Assembly: GCA_043811915.1 (NCBI GenBank)
Contig: JBDRMS010000011.1
Coordinates: 1-63,234, forward strand
Direction: 5' to 3'
Length of the DNA stretch: 63,234 nt
Source: a bacterium
GTDB lineage: Bacteria > Patescibacteriota > Andersenbacteria > UBA10190
Made by a program: the position numbers and the translations under genes
In this document: positions 42,870 to 51,775 of the stretch, piece by piece
Position numbering within the stretch: the first letter of the stretch is position 1
Layout of the letters: every line of letters starts with the position of its first letter
The notes under the pieces: model-generated
Seen by the model: only the letters and a program-made list of their open reading frames with translations
The model's database searches: none
Told to the model about the DNA's origin: nothing

Positions 42870-43676
42870 ATGTATTTCCTCATTGACATTGGCGGCACCA
42901 GTACACGGCTGGCCATCTCCCGTGATGGCGCAACATTTGACAAACCAGAGAGCATGCCTACCCCCCAGAACTTCGACGAAGCCATGGCCCGGATTGCCAC
43001 CCTCGCCCGAAAACTTTCGAGCCGCAACAATATTAAAGCCGTCGTTGGTGTACCCGGGCCTCTCGACCAGGCCAAAACCAAAATACTTGGTGCGCCTAAC
43101 CTCCCTGGCTGGCACAACAAACCCCTCAAACAAAAGCTCGAACAGGAACTCGATGTTCCCGTCTTTATAGAAAACGACGCCGCTCTAGCCGGCTTGGGTG
43201 AAGCCGCTGCCGGCGCCGGCCAAGATTACTCCATCGTTGCCTACCTCACCATCAGCACCGGTGTAGGCGGTACCAGAATAGTTAATAAAAAAATCGATTT
43301 AAACGCCATTGGTTTCGAGCCAGGCCACCAGATAATCATATCAGAGCAAGGCAAGATCCTAAGCCTTGAAGACTGTGTTTCCGGCACTGGCCTTAAAAAC
43401 CGCTACGGTAAGCCGGCCGAGCAGATTGCCGACCCTGCCATCTGGGACAAAGTAGCCCGGTTCTTAGCCTACGGCCTTAACAATATTACCGTTCACTGGT
43501 CTCCTCACTGCATCGTTCTCGGCGGTTCCGTAACGAAAAGTATTCCCTTCGACAAACTACAAAATTACTTCCAGCAAATAACAACTATTTATCCACAACT
43601 TCCTGTTCTTAAACCGGCTGCTCTTGGCGATTCAGCCGGCCTGGCTGGCGCCCTAGCCTATTTAACTATAAAATAA
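42870..43676 (+). CDS. ROK-family sugar kinase (glucokinase-like)
   Basis: MYFLIDIGGTSTRLA ATP-binding motif and ENDAALAGLGEA. The internal ATG at 42870 is preferred over the ORF-track start. Confidence 0.8.
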   Translation: MYFLIDIGGTSTRLAISRDGATFDKPESMPTPQNFDEAMARIATLARKLSSRNNIKAVVGVPGPLDQAKTKILGAPNLPGWHNKPLKQKLEQELDVPVFIENDAALAGLGEAAAGAGQDYSIVAYLTISTGVGGTRIVNKKIDLNAIGFEPGHQIIISEQGKILSLEDCVSGTGLKNRYGKPAEQIADPAIWDKVARFLAYGLNNITVHWSPHCIVLGGSVTKSIPFDKLQNYFQQITTIYPQLPVLKPAALGDSAGLAGALAYLTIK

Positions 43677-43701
43677 TCACCTAGTCTTATGCTTGATAAA
43701 C

Positions 43702-45039
43702 ATGGCCCAACAAAACACATCTTTCGATAATTTTATCTCAACCCTCCAATCGGCTGGCGACCAAATTTCAGCCCACCCTGACGTCATCACTTACCTCACT
43801 AAACCCCAGCGCACCGTCCAAGTTGAAATCCCCCTACCCCTGGACGACGGTACCATCCAAATTTTCCACGGCTACCGGGTACAGCACAACAATGCCCGCG
43901 GTCCCTACAAAGGAGGAGTTCGTTTTCACCCCGACGTCGACCTTAACGAAATAAAAACTCTGTCCGCCTTGATGACTATTAAGACCGCGGTTGCCGATAT
44001 CCCCTTTGGCGGCGCCAAGGGTGGCATCACTATTGATCCCCAGGCCCTAAGCGATGGAGAACTACAACGTCTCTCCCGTCTTTTTATCGAACGCTTAGGC
44101 CCCGTCATCGGCCCCAACTTAGATATTCCCGCCCCTGACCTTAATACTAACGCCCAAATCATGGCCTGGTTCGCTGATGAATATAATCGCCTAAATAGCG
44201 CCGAGGCCCACCGCCTCGCCACTTTTACTGGCAAACCACTTTCTCTCGGCGGTAGCCAAGGGCGCGAAATGGCCACCGGCCAAGGCGGCCTTTACGTTCT
44301 ACTTGAATACCTACAACAAAAAAACTTGCGCCATCTCGGATCAACCGTTGCCGTGCAGGGGTTCGGCAATGTCGGGCTTCATTTCGCCCGGCTGGCCGAC
44401 GAAGCCGGGTTTAAAGTCGTCGCCATATCCGACGTTAAGGGAGGCATTTACCACCCCGCCGGCCTTGACGTAAGATCCATTATTAAGGCCCAGACTATAG
44501 GCGGTAGGCTAGTCAAAAATATTTGCTATCCCAAACTGAACGTGGCCGAAAGTAGTCGCCACGTCGGGGACTGCAAAGAAATTACCAATGCCGAACTTAT
44601 CGAGCTCGACGTCGACGTCCTTGTCCTCGCCGCCATAGAAAACCAACTCAACGTCAATAACGCAAACAACATACAAGCTAAACTAATACTCGAACTGGCC
44701 AATAACCCTACTACCCCAGGAGCCGACTACGTACTAAACAAAAATAACATACCCATCATTCCCGATATTCTAGCCAACGCCGGCGGCGTCACCGTCAGTT
44801 ACTATGAATGGACACAAAATCTACAAAACTTATACTGGACCAAGCATGAAGTGGGCAAGCGCCTTAAATACCAAATGCAATCGGCCACCAAAAATATTTT
44901 ATCCCGACAAATAAACGGCGCCTCCCTCCGCCAAGCAGCTTATCAACTGGCCCTAAGCCGCCTGCAAGAAACTATTCTCCTGCGCGGCTGGGTTAAGCCC
45001 CGCCCCCAAGACGCCGCCGGACGGTTTAATAATCGCTAA
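43702..45039 (+). CDS. gdhA: Glutamate dehydrogenase (Glu/Leu/Phe/Val dehydrogenase family)
   Basis: PFGGAKGGI catalytic-Lys motif, GFGNVG Rossmann motif. The ATG at 43702 lies inside the TTG-initiated ORF. Confidence 0.92.
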   Translation: MAQQNTSFDNFISTLQSAGDQISAHPDVITYLTKPQRTVQVEIPLPLDDGTIQIFHGYRVQHNNARGPYKGGVRFHPDVDLNEIKTLSALMTIKTAVADIPFGGAKGGITIDPQALSDGELQRLSRLFIERLGPVIGPNLDIPAPDLNTNAQIMAWFADEYNRLNSAEAHRLATFTGKPLSLGGSQGREMATGQGGLYVLLEYLQQKNLRHLGSTVAVQGFGNVGLHFARLADEAGFKVVAISDVKGGIYHPAGLDVRSIIKAQTIGGRLVKNICYPKLNVAESSRHVGDCKEITNAELIELDVDVLVLAAIENQLNVNNANNIQAKLILELANNPTTPGADYVLNKNNIPIIPDILANAGGVTVSYYEWTQNLQNLYWTKHEVGKRLKYQMQSATKNILSRQINGASLRQAAYQLALSRLQETILLRGWVKPRPQDAAGRFNNR

Positions 45040-45053
45040 CGAAAGCCCCCAAT

Positions 45054-45212
45054 TCACCGGCGCGCGTGACCGTACTCGTCATCCACGCCATGCTCGCCAT
45101 CCGTGCAGTCACAGGGAGTAAGTTCCTGACCCTCTTTTAAACAGTCCCTGTTATCACAAATTTTAGGCTCATCAGACTCTCCCCCACAATTTGTACACGT
45201 GTAATGAGTCAT
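45054..45212 (-). CDS. 52-aa Cys-rich small protein, absent from the ORF track
   Basis: Minus-strand AAGGAGGTGG RBS, 7 nt before the ATG. Sequence MTHYTCTNCGGESDEPKICDNRDCLKEGQELTPCDCTDGEHGVDDEYGHARR (6 Cys). Confidence 0.6.
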   Translation of the reverse strand: MTHYTCTNCGGESDEPKICDNRDCLKEGQELTPCDCTDGEHGVDDEYGHARR

Positions 45213-45236
45213 TTAAAACCACCTCCTTATTACTAT

Positions 45237-45392
45237 TCACCGAATTATCATTATTACCATAACGCTCACCACAAACAAAGCCAGCCAGGCCGCTGTGTAA
45301 ACAACCAATTTCACCCCATCAGCCACTCGTTTTTCCTGCCAAAACAAGATTAGTAGAAACGCCACCATGCCTAATGACAATTTTTTATCCAT
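45237..45392 (-). CDS. Possible 51-aa two-TM mini-protein
   Basis: MDKKLSLGMVAFLLILFWQEKRVADGVKLVVYTAAWLALFVVSVMVIMIIR. It lies between the DsbD-like gene and the Cys-rich ORF. The RBS is weak. Confidence 0.3.
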   Translation of the reverse strand: MDKKLSLGMVAFLLILFWQEKRVADGVKLVVYTAAWLALFVVSVMVIMIIR

Positions 45393-45425
45393 CTATCTGT
45401 TAATATACCCTGACTTTCCTCTTAA

Positions 45426-46637
45426 CTAAAACACCAGCCACCCTGGTTTAAACAGCATGAGTAGTCCTAAAATAACCATCAAAATACCACCAATCAGCGT
45501 TGTCCATTTACTGTACTTCCCCGTTAATCCAATTTTGTCAAAACTGTAAAGTGCCAGAGCAAAAACTATTACATCATCCAGTATGTAAGCTGCCATATAC
45601 AAACCAACATAAAATTGTCTTCCCCACCACGCCAGTTGATTCACGTCTAATATCTTGGTGAACACCTGGGGAATGCCGATCGAGCAGGCAAATTCAAAAA
45701 TATTGACCGAAAAAGCCAGACCGATAATGCCCAGCGCCACCAGTAGTGTCAGCGGCTTCGACACTAACTTCTTTGCCCGCTCTTCAATCTTCGCCTTCTG
45801 CTCCTCGCCGGCTACGCTGCACACCGGCACAAAAGTCCACCACTTGTATAAGAAGTAGCCACCACTGCCCATTGCCATAAATGCAATCAGTGGCATCACA
45901 ATGTTATCCAGTGCCACAAAATCCCAAACCAGCAGCCACACCATCAAAATGAGATAGTACATAATCCCCTGGGCCAAAATAAACAAACCGGCGAACTGCC
46001 ACATCCTCTTTCTTGACCTTGCCTGTGACAACAGCAACAGCAACATAACCAACACCCACATGGCACAGGGGTTAAATCCGTCTATCAAACCCAAAACCGC
46101 CGACAGCACCGGCAGCGAAAAACTCCCTACATCAATCACCGTGCCTATCAGCGGCAAACTTATCATCAGCGGCTCATCAACCGGACACGGTTCCATCTCC
46201 GAACACACGCTAGCTGACAAAACACTGGCTACTCGCGCCCCGCCTGCTGCAATATCAGCAAAGCTTACATTATTCCCTTCTTCCACTAATAGTTCCCGCC
46301 ATCTCTCGCCCGTGGTCTCGGCCGAATCAAAACCAACCATAAGCGTTCCCCTGATTAACGCTATTGGTGTCGCTTTTTGTAATTCATACGTATTCGTCAC
46401 TTGCTCAAACAACTGCCAGTTATCTTCATCAGCCAGGTCGTAATACTGCACCCGTATCTGCGGTTGCTCCCTCGTTAGCTCATCCAAGAAATCTCCCGCA
46501 TCCCGACAATGGGTACATCCCTCCCGTACAAATAGATGCACAATTCCCGCTTCCTCCGCTCCTGTCACCGGCCAGGCCGGCACCAGCAAAACAGCCAGCA
46601 AAATCAGCCCGAGTCCGCCTTTAGATAACTTCGTCAC
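45426..46637 (-). CDS. Fusion of an exported glutaredoxin/thioredoxin-like domain (CTHC) to a DsbD/CcdA-like thiol-disulfide transporter membrane domain
   Basis: Signal peptide, FVREGCTHCRDAGDFL, then 6-8 TM helices with Cys in the TM segments (NPCAMWVL, FEFACSIG). GTGA junction with iscU. Confidence 0.7.
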   Translation of the reverse strand: MTKLSKGGLGLILLAVLLVPAWPVTGAEEAGIVHLFVREGCTHCRDAGDFLDELTREQPQIRVQYYDLADEDNWQLFEQVTNTYELQKATPIALIRGTLMVGFDSAETTGERWRELLVEEGNNVSFADIAAGGARVASVLSASVCSEMEPCPVDEPLMISLPLIGTVIDVGSFSLPVLSAVLGLIDGFNPCAMWVLVMLLLLLSQARSRKRMWQFAGLFILAQGIMYYLILMVWLLVWDFVALDNIVMPLIAFMAMGSGGYFLYKWWTFVPVCSVAGEEQKAKIEERAKKLVSKPLTLLVALGIIGLAFSVNIFEFACSIGIPQVFTKILDVNQLAWWGRQFYVGLYMAAYILDDVIVFALALYSFDKIGLTGKYSKWTTLIGGILMVILGLLMLFKPGWLVF

Positions 46638-47011
46638 TTCTCCAGTTTACTACGATAATCCGCCAATGCCTTTTGCAACGCCTCCACCCCTAATACCGAA
46701 CAGTGCTTTTTAATCGGCGGCAATCCGTCCAGGGCATTTGCCACTTCATCGCAGGAAAGCCTAAGCGCTTCTTCTATATTTTTCCCTTTCACAATTTCCG
46801 TCACCATTGAACTACTGGCAATAGCTGCCCCACAGCCAAAAGTTTTAAATTTAGCGTCAACTATCACCCCTTTTTTCACTTTTATGTACAGCTCCATAAT
46901 GTCTCCGCACACCGGGTTGCCAATCCTTCCTACACCACTTGGCTCTTTCATTTCTCCCACGTTACGCGGGTTCATTAAGTGATCCTTAACTTTGGCACTG
47001 TAATCAAACAT
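46634..47011 (-). CDS. iscU: Fe-S cluster scaffold protein IscU/NifU-like
   Basis: NPRNVG, GNPVCGDIMELYIKV, FGCGAAIASSS, KHCSVLG motifs. The start is probably MFDYS. Confidence 0.9.
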   Translation of the reverse strand: MFDYSAKVKDHLMNPRNVGEMKEPSGVGRIGNPVCGDIMELYIKVKKGVIVDAKFKTFGCGAAIASSSMVTEIVKGKNIEEALRLSCDEVANALDGLPPIKKHCSVLGVEALQKALADYRSKLEK

Positions 47012-48155
47012 TTGTTCTCTCCTTTTCAATTACCAAGGGCGACATGGCCCGCAATCTTTCAACTATCCCCGGCAATATTTCAATCACTCTGTCTACTTCT
47101 GCTTCAGTACTATCTTTACCCAGCGAAAAACGCAATGAGCCATGCGCCAGCTCATGCGATAATCCCATAGCCAGCAGTACATGTGAAGGCGTGAGGCTCG
47201 CCGACGAGCAAGCCGAACCACTGGAAGCAGCCACTCCCACAGCATCCAAATGCAACACCATAGCCTCACCCTCAACATGCTCCACAGAAATGTTTACATT
47301 GCCCGGCAATCTTTTTTTCGGATGGCCATTTAATTTTACTCGCTCAATTCTGTCCGTTAGACCCGCAATTAATCTGTCTCTCAACAACGTTATTCTCTTC
47401 GCCTCCTGCATTCTCTTTGCCGCCAGGCTGGCTGCCTCACCCAGGCCTACTATTCCCGGTACATTCTCTGTACCGGCCCGGCGCCTGCTCTCCTGATCTC
47501 CTCCGTGCAGTAAAGATTTCAACCATACTCCTTTTCTAACATAAAGCGCCCCCACCCCTTTAGGTCCATAAAACTTATGGGCCGACAGGCTTAACAAATC
47601 AACATTCAATTCTCCAACATCAACTGGCACCACGCCCACCGTTTGCACCGCATCCGTGTGAAATAAAATTTTGTGGGCCCGCGCCACCTCGCCTATCTCT
47701 CTAATCGGCTGAATGGCTCCTATTTCATTGTTAGCATGCATAACAGAAATCAAAACAGTTTCATCTGTTATGGCTCGTTCCACATCCGCTACATTTACCA
47801 ATCCATATTCATCAACCGGCAAATATGTCACCTCAAGACCCTCCTTGGCTAAGAATTCAGTTGTCTTCAGTATTGAATGATGCTCAATAGCCGAAACAAC
47901 CATGTGACCTCTCCTGCCGTGTAAAACCATGTTATTAGCCTCCGTACCGCTGCCCGTAAAAACCATTTCCTCTGTCTGCGCTCCTATCAATGCCGCCACT
48001 TGGCTGCGAGCCTTGTCCACCGCCGCCCGCGCCACCCCGCCGTGCCAATGCTGTGAAGATGCATTTCCGTAATATTTACCAAAAAAAGGCTGCATCGCCG
48101 CGACCACCCTTTTATCACAAGGTGTAGTCGCCGCATGGTCTAAATAAACTTTCAT
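47004..48155 (-). CDS. iscS: Cysteine desulfurase (NifS/IscS class)
   Basis: SAHKFYGPKG PLP-lysine motif and SSGSACSS active-site Cys loop. Confidence 0.92.
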   Translation of the reverse strand: MKVYLDHAATTPCDKRVVAAMQPFFGKYYGNASSQHWHGGVARAAVDKARSQVAALIGAQTEEMVFTGSGTEANNMVLHGRRGHMVVSAIEHHSILKTTEFLAKEGLEVTYLPVDEYGLVNVADVERAITDETVLISVMHANNEIGAIQPIREIGEVARAHKILFHTDAVQTVGVVPVDVGELNVDLLSLSAHKFYGPKGVGALYVRKGVWLKSLLHGGDQESRRRAGTENVPGIVGLGEAASLAAKRMQEAKRITLLRDRLIAGLTDRIERVKLNGHPKKRLPGNVNISVEHVEGEAMVLHLDAVGVAASSGSACSSASLTPSHVLLAMGLSHELAHGSLRFSLGKDSTEAEVDRVIEILPGIVERLRAMSPLVIEKERTNV

Positions 48156-48208
48156 GTGCTAGAATACCGTATTATACATAGACTATTATATCAATAAACT
48201 TTATAACT

Positions 48209-48463
48209 ATGCCTAACAAAAAAGAATATCCGCGCAGCAAAGAAGGATCTAATATCGCTAAAATAGTTGTCGACCGCGATCTGTGTATAGCCGCCCAATC
48301 TTGTCTGGCTCCCGCCCCCGGTACTTTCGAGATAGACGGTGAAAACAAAGCTATTGTTATAGATGCCAACGCCGTCGACGATGATGCTCTAATACTAGCC
48401 GCCCAGTCCTGCCCCACTAGAGCTATTCTCCTTTTTGACAAAGAAGGTAGGCAGCTAAATTAA
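48209..48463 (+). CDS. Small ferredoxin (single-cluster type)
   Basis: VVDRDLCIAAQSCLAPAPGTFEID...AAQSCPTRAI pattern typical of 3Fe/4Fe single-cluster ferredoxins. Confidence 0.75.
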   Translation: MPNKKEYPRSKEGSNIAKIVVDRDLCIAAQSCLAPAPGTFEIDGENKAIVIDANAVDDDALILAAQSCPTRAILLFDKEGRQLN

Positions 48464-49719
48464 TGGATTTCAAGTACCTCATCATCGGCGGCGGCGTTGC
48501 TGGCACCACTGCCAGCAACGCCATCAGGCAAAACGACAGTCAAGGCTCAATCACCATTGTCAGCGACGAACCTCATTATCTGTACTCCCGCATTATGCTG
48601 TCCAAACCCAACTTCTTTTTGGGTAAAATTCCTTTCGAACAAATCTGGCTTAAGGACAAATCGTGGTACGAGCAAAATAAAATAGAATTTATCGGTGGCA
48701 AAAAGGCCATTCAGCTAGACCCGGACAAGAAAATAATCAAGCTGGACGACGACACAGAAATTAAATATGACAAGCTGCTCCTGGCCACCGGCCTAAATGC
48801 CCGCCACTTATCTGTACCCGGTGCCGACAAGCAAGGCGTCTTCTACCTACGCACTCTGGACCATGGTAAGTCCATCATTGAAGCCGTCTCCTCTGTAAAA
48901 AAAGCTGTGGCCATCGGCGGAGGTTTCATTAGTTTCGAAATGGCCAACCTGCTCCAGCTATCCGGCGCTGAAGTCTCCATCATTATTCGTGAATCCCTTT
49001 TCTGGGACCCGATTCTAGATGCCACAGCCAGCAAAATTGTTGAGACCGCCATCACCAAAGCCAATGTTAAAATCGTCCGTAATGCTGAAATAAAACAGGT
49101 GGGTGGTAATAGCCACGTCACCAGCGTGACCTTGAGTGATAATACCACTCTTCCCTGCGACATGGTTATATGCGGTATTGGCGCCAACTGCGACACCGGG
49201 TGGTTAAAAAAATCAGGCCTTAAAACAGACCGCGCTATTTTAGCCGATCAATATCTTAAAACTAACCTGCCTGACGTGTGGTCGGCCGGCGATGCCACCG
49301 CCTTCGACGACCCCATCCTCCAGGAAATTGTTCACCTGGGTAATTGGGTCAACGCCCAGGAACAAGGACGTATCGCCGGCCTAAATATGGTGGGCCAGAA
49401 GCAATCCTTTACCTTCGTTTCCTACTACACTACCCACGGCTTTGACATATCTGTCACCTTCATCGGCAATGTCCGCCCCAAGAATGAATTCCAGACTATA
49501 GTCCGTTCCGGACCAGGGGAAGGCGTGCACACTCAATTATTAGTGATAAACGACGAATTGGTCGGCGCCGTTCTCATTAACCAAACCCAAATCCTGCGTC
49601 CCATCACGCAATTAATCGAAAAAAATGTTAACATGGCAGATAAACACGAGCAGCTGTCTGACCCTAACTTCGACTTAAACACACTCATTCCCCAACAACC
49701 ATCATGCCCAACAAACTAA
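48463..49719 (+). CDS. FAD-dependent pyridine nucleotide oxidoreductase (ferredoxin-reductase-like)
   Basis: IIGGGVAGTTA FAD motif, a second Rossmann motif VAIGGGFISFE, and WSAGDAT. TAATG junction with the ferredoxin gene. Confidence 0.8.
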   Translation: MDFKYLIIGGGVAGTTASNAIRQNDSQGSITIVSDEPHYLYSRIMLSKPNFFLGKIPFEQIWLKDKSWYEQNKIEFIGGKKAIQLDPDKKIIKLDDDTEIKYDKLLLATGLNARHLSVPGADKQGVFYLRTLDHGKSIIEAVSSVKKAVAIGGGFISFEMANLLQLSGAEVSIIIRESLFWDPILDATASKIVETAITKANVKIVRNAEIKQVGGNSHVTSVTLSDNTTLPCDMVICGIGANCDTGWLKKSGLKTDRAILADQYLKTNLPDVWSAGDATAFDDPILQEIVHLGNWVNAQEQGRIAGLNMVGQKQSFTFVSYYTTHGFDISVTFIGNVRPKNEFQTIVRSGPGEGVHTQLLVINDELVGAVLINQTQILRPITQLIEKNVNMADKHEQLSDPNFDLNTLIPQQPSCPTN

Positions 49720-50639
49720 AATACGCCATCGTTCTAGCCCTGGGAACTGCCCTCATATCCGGCACCAACACCTTCCTTACTAAAACTGCTGTCACGGCTG
49801 TATCAGATCCCGTTGTCTTCACCTTTCTTAAAAACACCGTCGTGGCCCTCATCCTAATCGGCCTTATTGCCCTTACCAGCCGACGACACGAACTCAAAAA
49901 CCTGTCTCGTCGCGACATTACAAAACTTCTGGCCATTGGTGCTATTGGCGGCAGTCTTCCCTTCATTCTCTTTTTCACCGGACTCACTCTGGTTCCCGCC
50001 GTCACTGCCGGTTTTATCCATAAAACACTGTTCATCTGGGTTGCCCTGCTGGCCGTGCCGTTTCTCAAAGAAAGAATTGGCAATTTACAACTGGCCGCCC
50101 TTGCCTTGCTCCTTGGCGGCAACCTGGCCTCATTTGGTTTGCCCAAACTTACTTTGGGCACAGGCGAACTAATGATTCTGGCTGCCACTATTTTATGGGC
50201 TATGGAAAATATCATTGCCAAAAAAGCCCTGGCCGGGCTTTCCAGTCCCCTCGTAGCCAGCGCCCGCATGGCAATTGGCTCTTTAATAATTCTAGTTATC
50301 ATAGTTACGCAGGGAAAAACAGCCCTACTGTTCAACCTATCCACTTTTCAGTGGATCTGGACACTCATAACCAGTCTTCTGCTAACCGGATATGTCCTAA
50401 CTTGGTACACCGCGCTTAAAGCAGCCCCCGCCACCCTGGTCGCTAGTCTGCTCGTCCCTGCCACTCTGGTCACTAATATCTTAACGGCTATCTTCGTAAC
50501 TCATACTTTCCCCACCACCCAGTTGATAAGCGGGACGTTCCTGGCCCTGGGCGTCACCTTCATTATCTCCCGAGCCAATAAAATATCTCCTGCTCATGGA
50601 CGGCGTCGCCCGTTGCTCTCGTTATTCCCTCGGTCCTAA
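49704..50639 (+). CDS. EamA/DMT-family transporter
   Basis: Ten TM helices in two EamA-like halves. Confidence 0.75.
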   Translation: MPNKLKYAIVLALGTALISGTNTFLTKTAVTAVSDPVVFTFLKNTVVALILIGLIALTSRRHELKNLSRRDITKLLAIGAIGGSLPFILFFTGLTLVPAVTAGFIHKTLFIWVALLAVPFLKERIGNLQLAALALLLGGNLASFGLPKLTLGTGELMILAATILWAMENIIAKKALAGLSSPLVASARMAIGSLIILVIIVTQGKTALLFNLSTFQWIWTLITSLLLTGYVLTWYTALKAAPATLVASLLVPATLVTNILTAIFVTHTFPTTQLISGTFLALGVTFIISRANKISPAHGRRRPLLSLFPRS

Positions 50640-51321
50640 TCGGCTGCACCTGTGCGGCCCCGACCTAAACCGCGAGGTACTATCTTACATCAATGAAAAC
50701 ATTTCCGACGACGGCCTGATCAGCATCCTAAAACAGTTCAAAACCTTATATCCCTACCTCCAGCAAATCGCCCACGCCAACCAGATCAAAGACCCCTTCG
50801 ACCCCCGCGTCGTTGAAGCCTACTGGATAGGTAACAGCCTGCTCGACACCATCACTGCCAAAATTTACTATCGACATCTCACCGATAATGTTCAAGTTCA
50901 AAAAATGTCATCCTCCAAGCAGGTAGATAAGTTAAAAGACAAACTCGCCCAGGGCGCTCTCATGCATCATTCCTTCCACGTTTTAAATATTTGGCGCCGC
51001 ACCGGCCATCACGATATCGAACATACCCCGGACACCATAGACAAATGCTGCGTCACCTGGGGTAAAATTCTTAAAGTATCCGGCCCCACTCTAATCGTCT
51101 CCCGCCAGCCCATCTTTGGGCCCCCAAAAAAGCAAAAAATTATCCGCCAGCTGGAACACGCCTCCCTGCTCGACGACGTCAAAGCAGGAGACTACATCTC
51201 CATCCATTGGGACACTCCATGCGAAATTATCACCCCTAAACAAGCCGCCAACCTGACTAAATACACCCGGCTGTCAATAAATCTCGCTAACCAAACCCTA
51301 ACTCACCAAACCTCCATATAA
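50596..51321 (+). CDS. Conserved hypothetical protein with an N-terminal CSRYSLGPNRLHLCGP motif
   Basis: The N-terminal Cys motif looks like a DUF family I cannot name with certainty. The C-terminal part (CCVTWGKILKV...GDYISIHWDTPCEIITPKQA) loosely recalls the HypC/HupF OB-fold logic. Confidence 0.5.
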   Translation: MDGVARCSRYSLGPNRLHLCGPDLNREVLSYINENISDDGLISILKQFKTLYPYLQQIAHANQIKDPFDPRVVEAYWIGNSLLDTITAKIYYRHLTDNVQVQKMSSSKQVDKLKDKLAQGALMHHSFHVLNIWRRTGHHDIEHTPDTIDKCCVTWGKILKVSGPTLIVSRQPIFGPPKKQKIIRQLEHASLLDDVKAGDYISIHWDTPCEIITPKQAANLTKYTRLSINLANQTLTHQTSI

Positions 51322-51333
51322 CGTTATATGGAG
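51312..51333. repeat. 22-bp perfect palindrome CTCCATATAACGTTATATGGAG; copy 2 of the element at 1628-1657
   Basis: Verified base by base. It contains the TAA stop of the upstream gene and ends 13 nt before the ATG at 51347. Confidence 0.8.
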
Positions 51334-51346
51334 TACTTTCCACCCT

Positions 51347-51775
51347 ATGTCTAAACTCCAAGTGTGGCTGTTTGGCAATCCGGATTTTAATCCCGACGCC
51401 CTGCCTTTAAAGCTCCTGCCTGAACTTCAACAGCGCCTGCCCAGCTTTGATCTTATCATCAAAGACCCTAACGAAGAGTGGCGCCTGTCGAAAAAACTCA
51501 TCATCATTGACACCGTCCAGGGCATCAAAAAAATCACTACTTTCACCTCCCTCGACCAGTTTCAAAACGCACCCAACATAACAGTCCATGATTTTGATCT
51601 GCTCACCAATCTCAAATGGTTATCCAAATTAAAAAAACTCCCGCCCTTCCTGATCATCGGCCTGCCCGCTGGTATTTCAAAAAAAGAAGCTTTCAATAAA
51701 ATCATCGCTATTCTTACGCCCATTTCATTTTCAGGAAGTGGGAAGCGCAGCTCATGCACGGATCATACGCCCTGA
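51347..51775 (+). CDS. Hydrogenase maturation endopeptidase-like protein (HycI/HyaD family, divergent)
   Basis: VWLFGNPDFNPDALP (cf. GNxxxxDD), LIIIDTVQG, TVHDFDL and FLIIGLP match the order of the metal-ligand and core motifs of [NiFe] endopeptidases. It lies next to the hydrogenase genes. Confidence 0.55.
   Translation: MSKLQVWLFGNPDFNPDALPLKLLPELQQRLPSFDLIIKDPNEEWRLSKKLIIIDTVQGIKKITTFTSLDQFQNAPNITVHDFDLLTNLKWLSKLKKLPPFLIIGLPAGISKKEAFNKIIAILTPISFSGSGKRSSCTDHTP

Noticed and set aside
51347-51775. Treating the 142-aa ORF as a confident HycI/HyaD endopeptidase
   Set aside because: Only the order of short motifs matches and overall similarity is weak by eye. It is kept as a moderate-confidence call pending an HMM search, not rejected outright.
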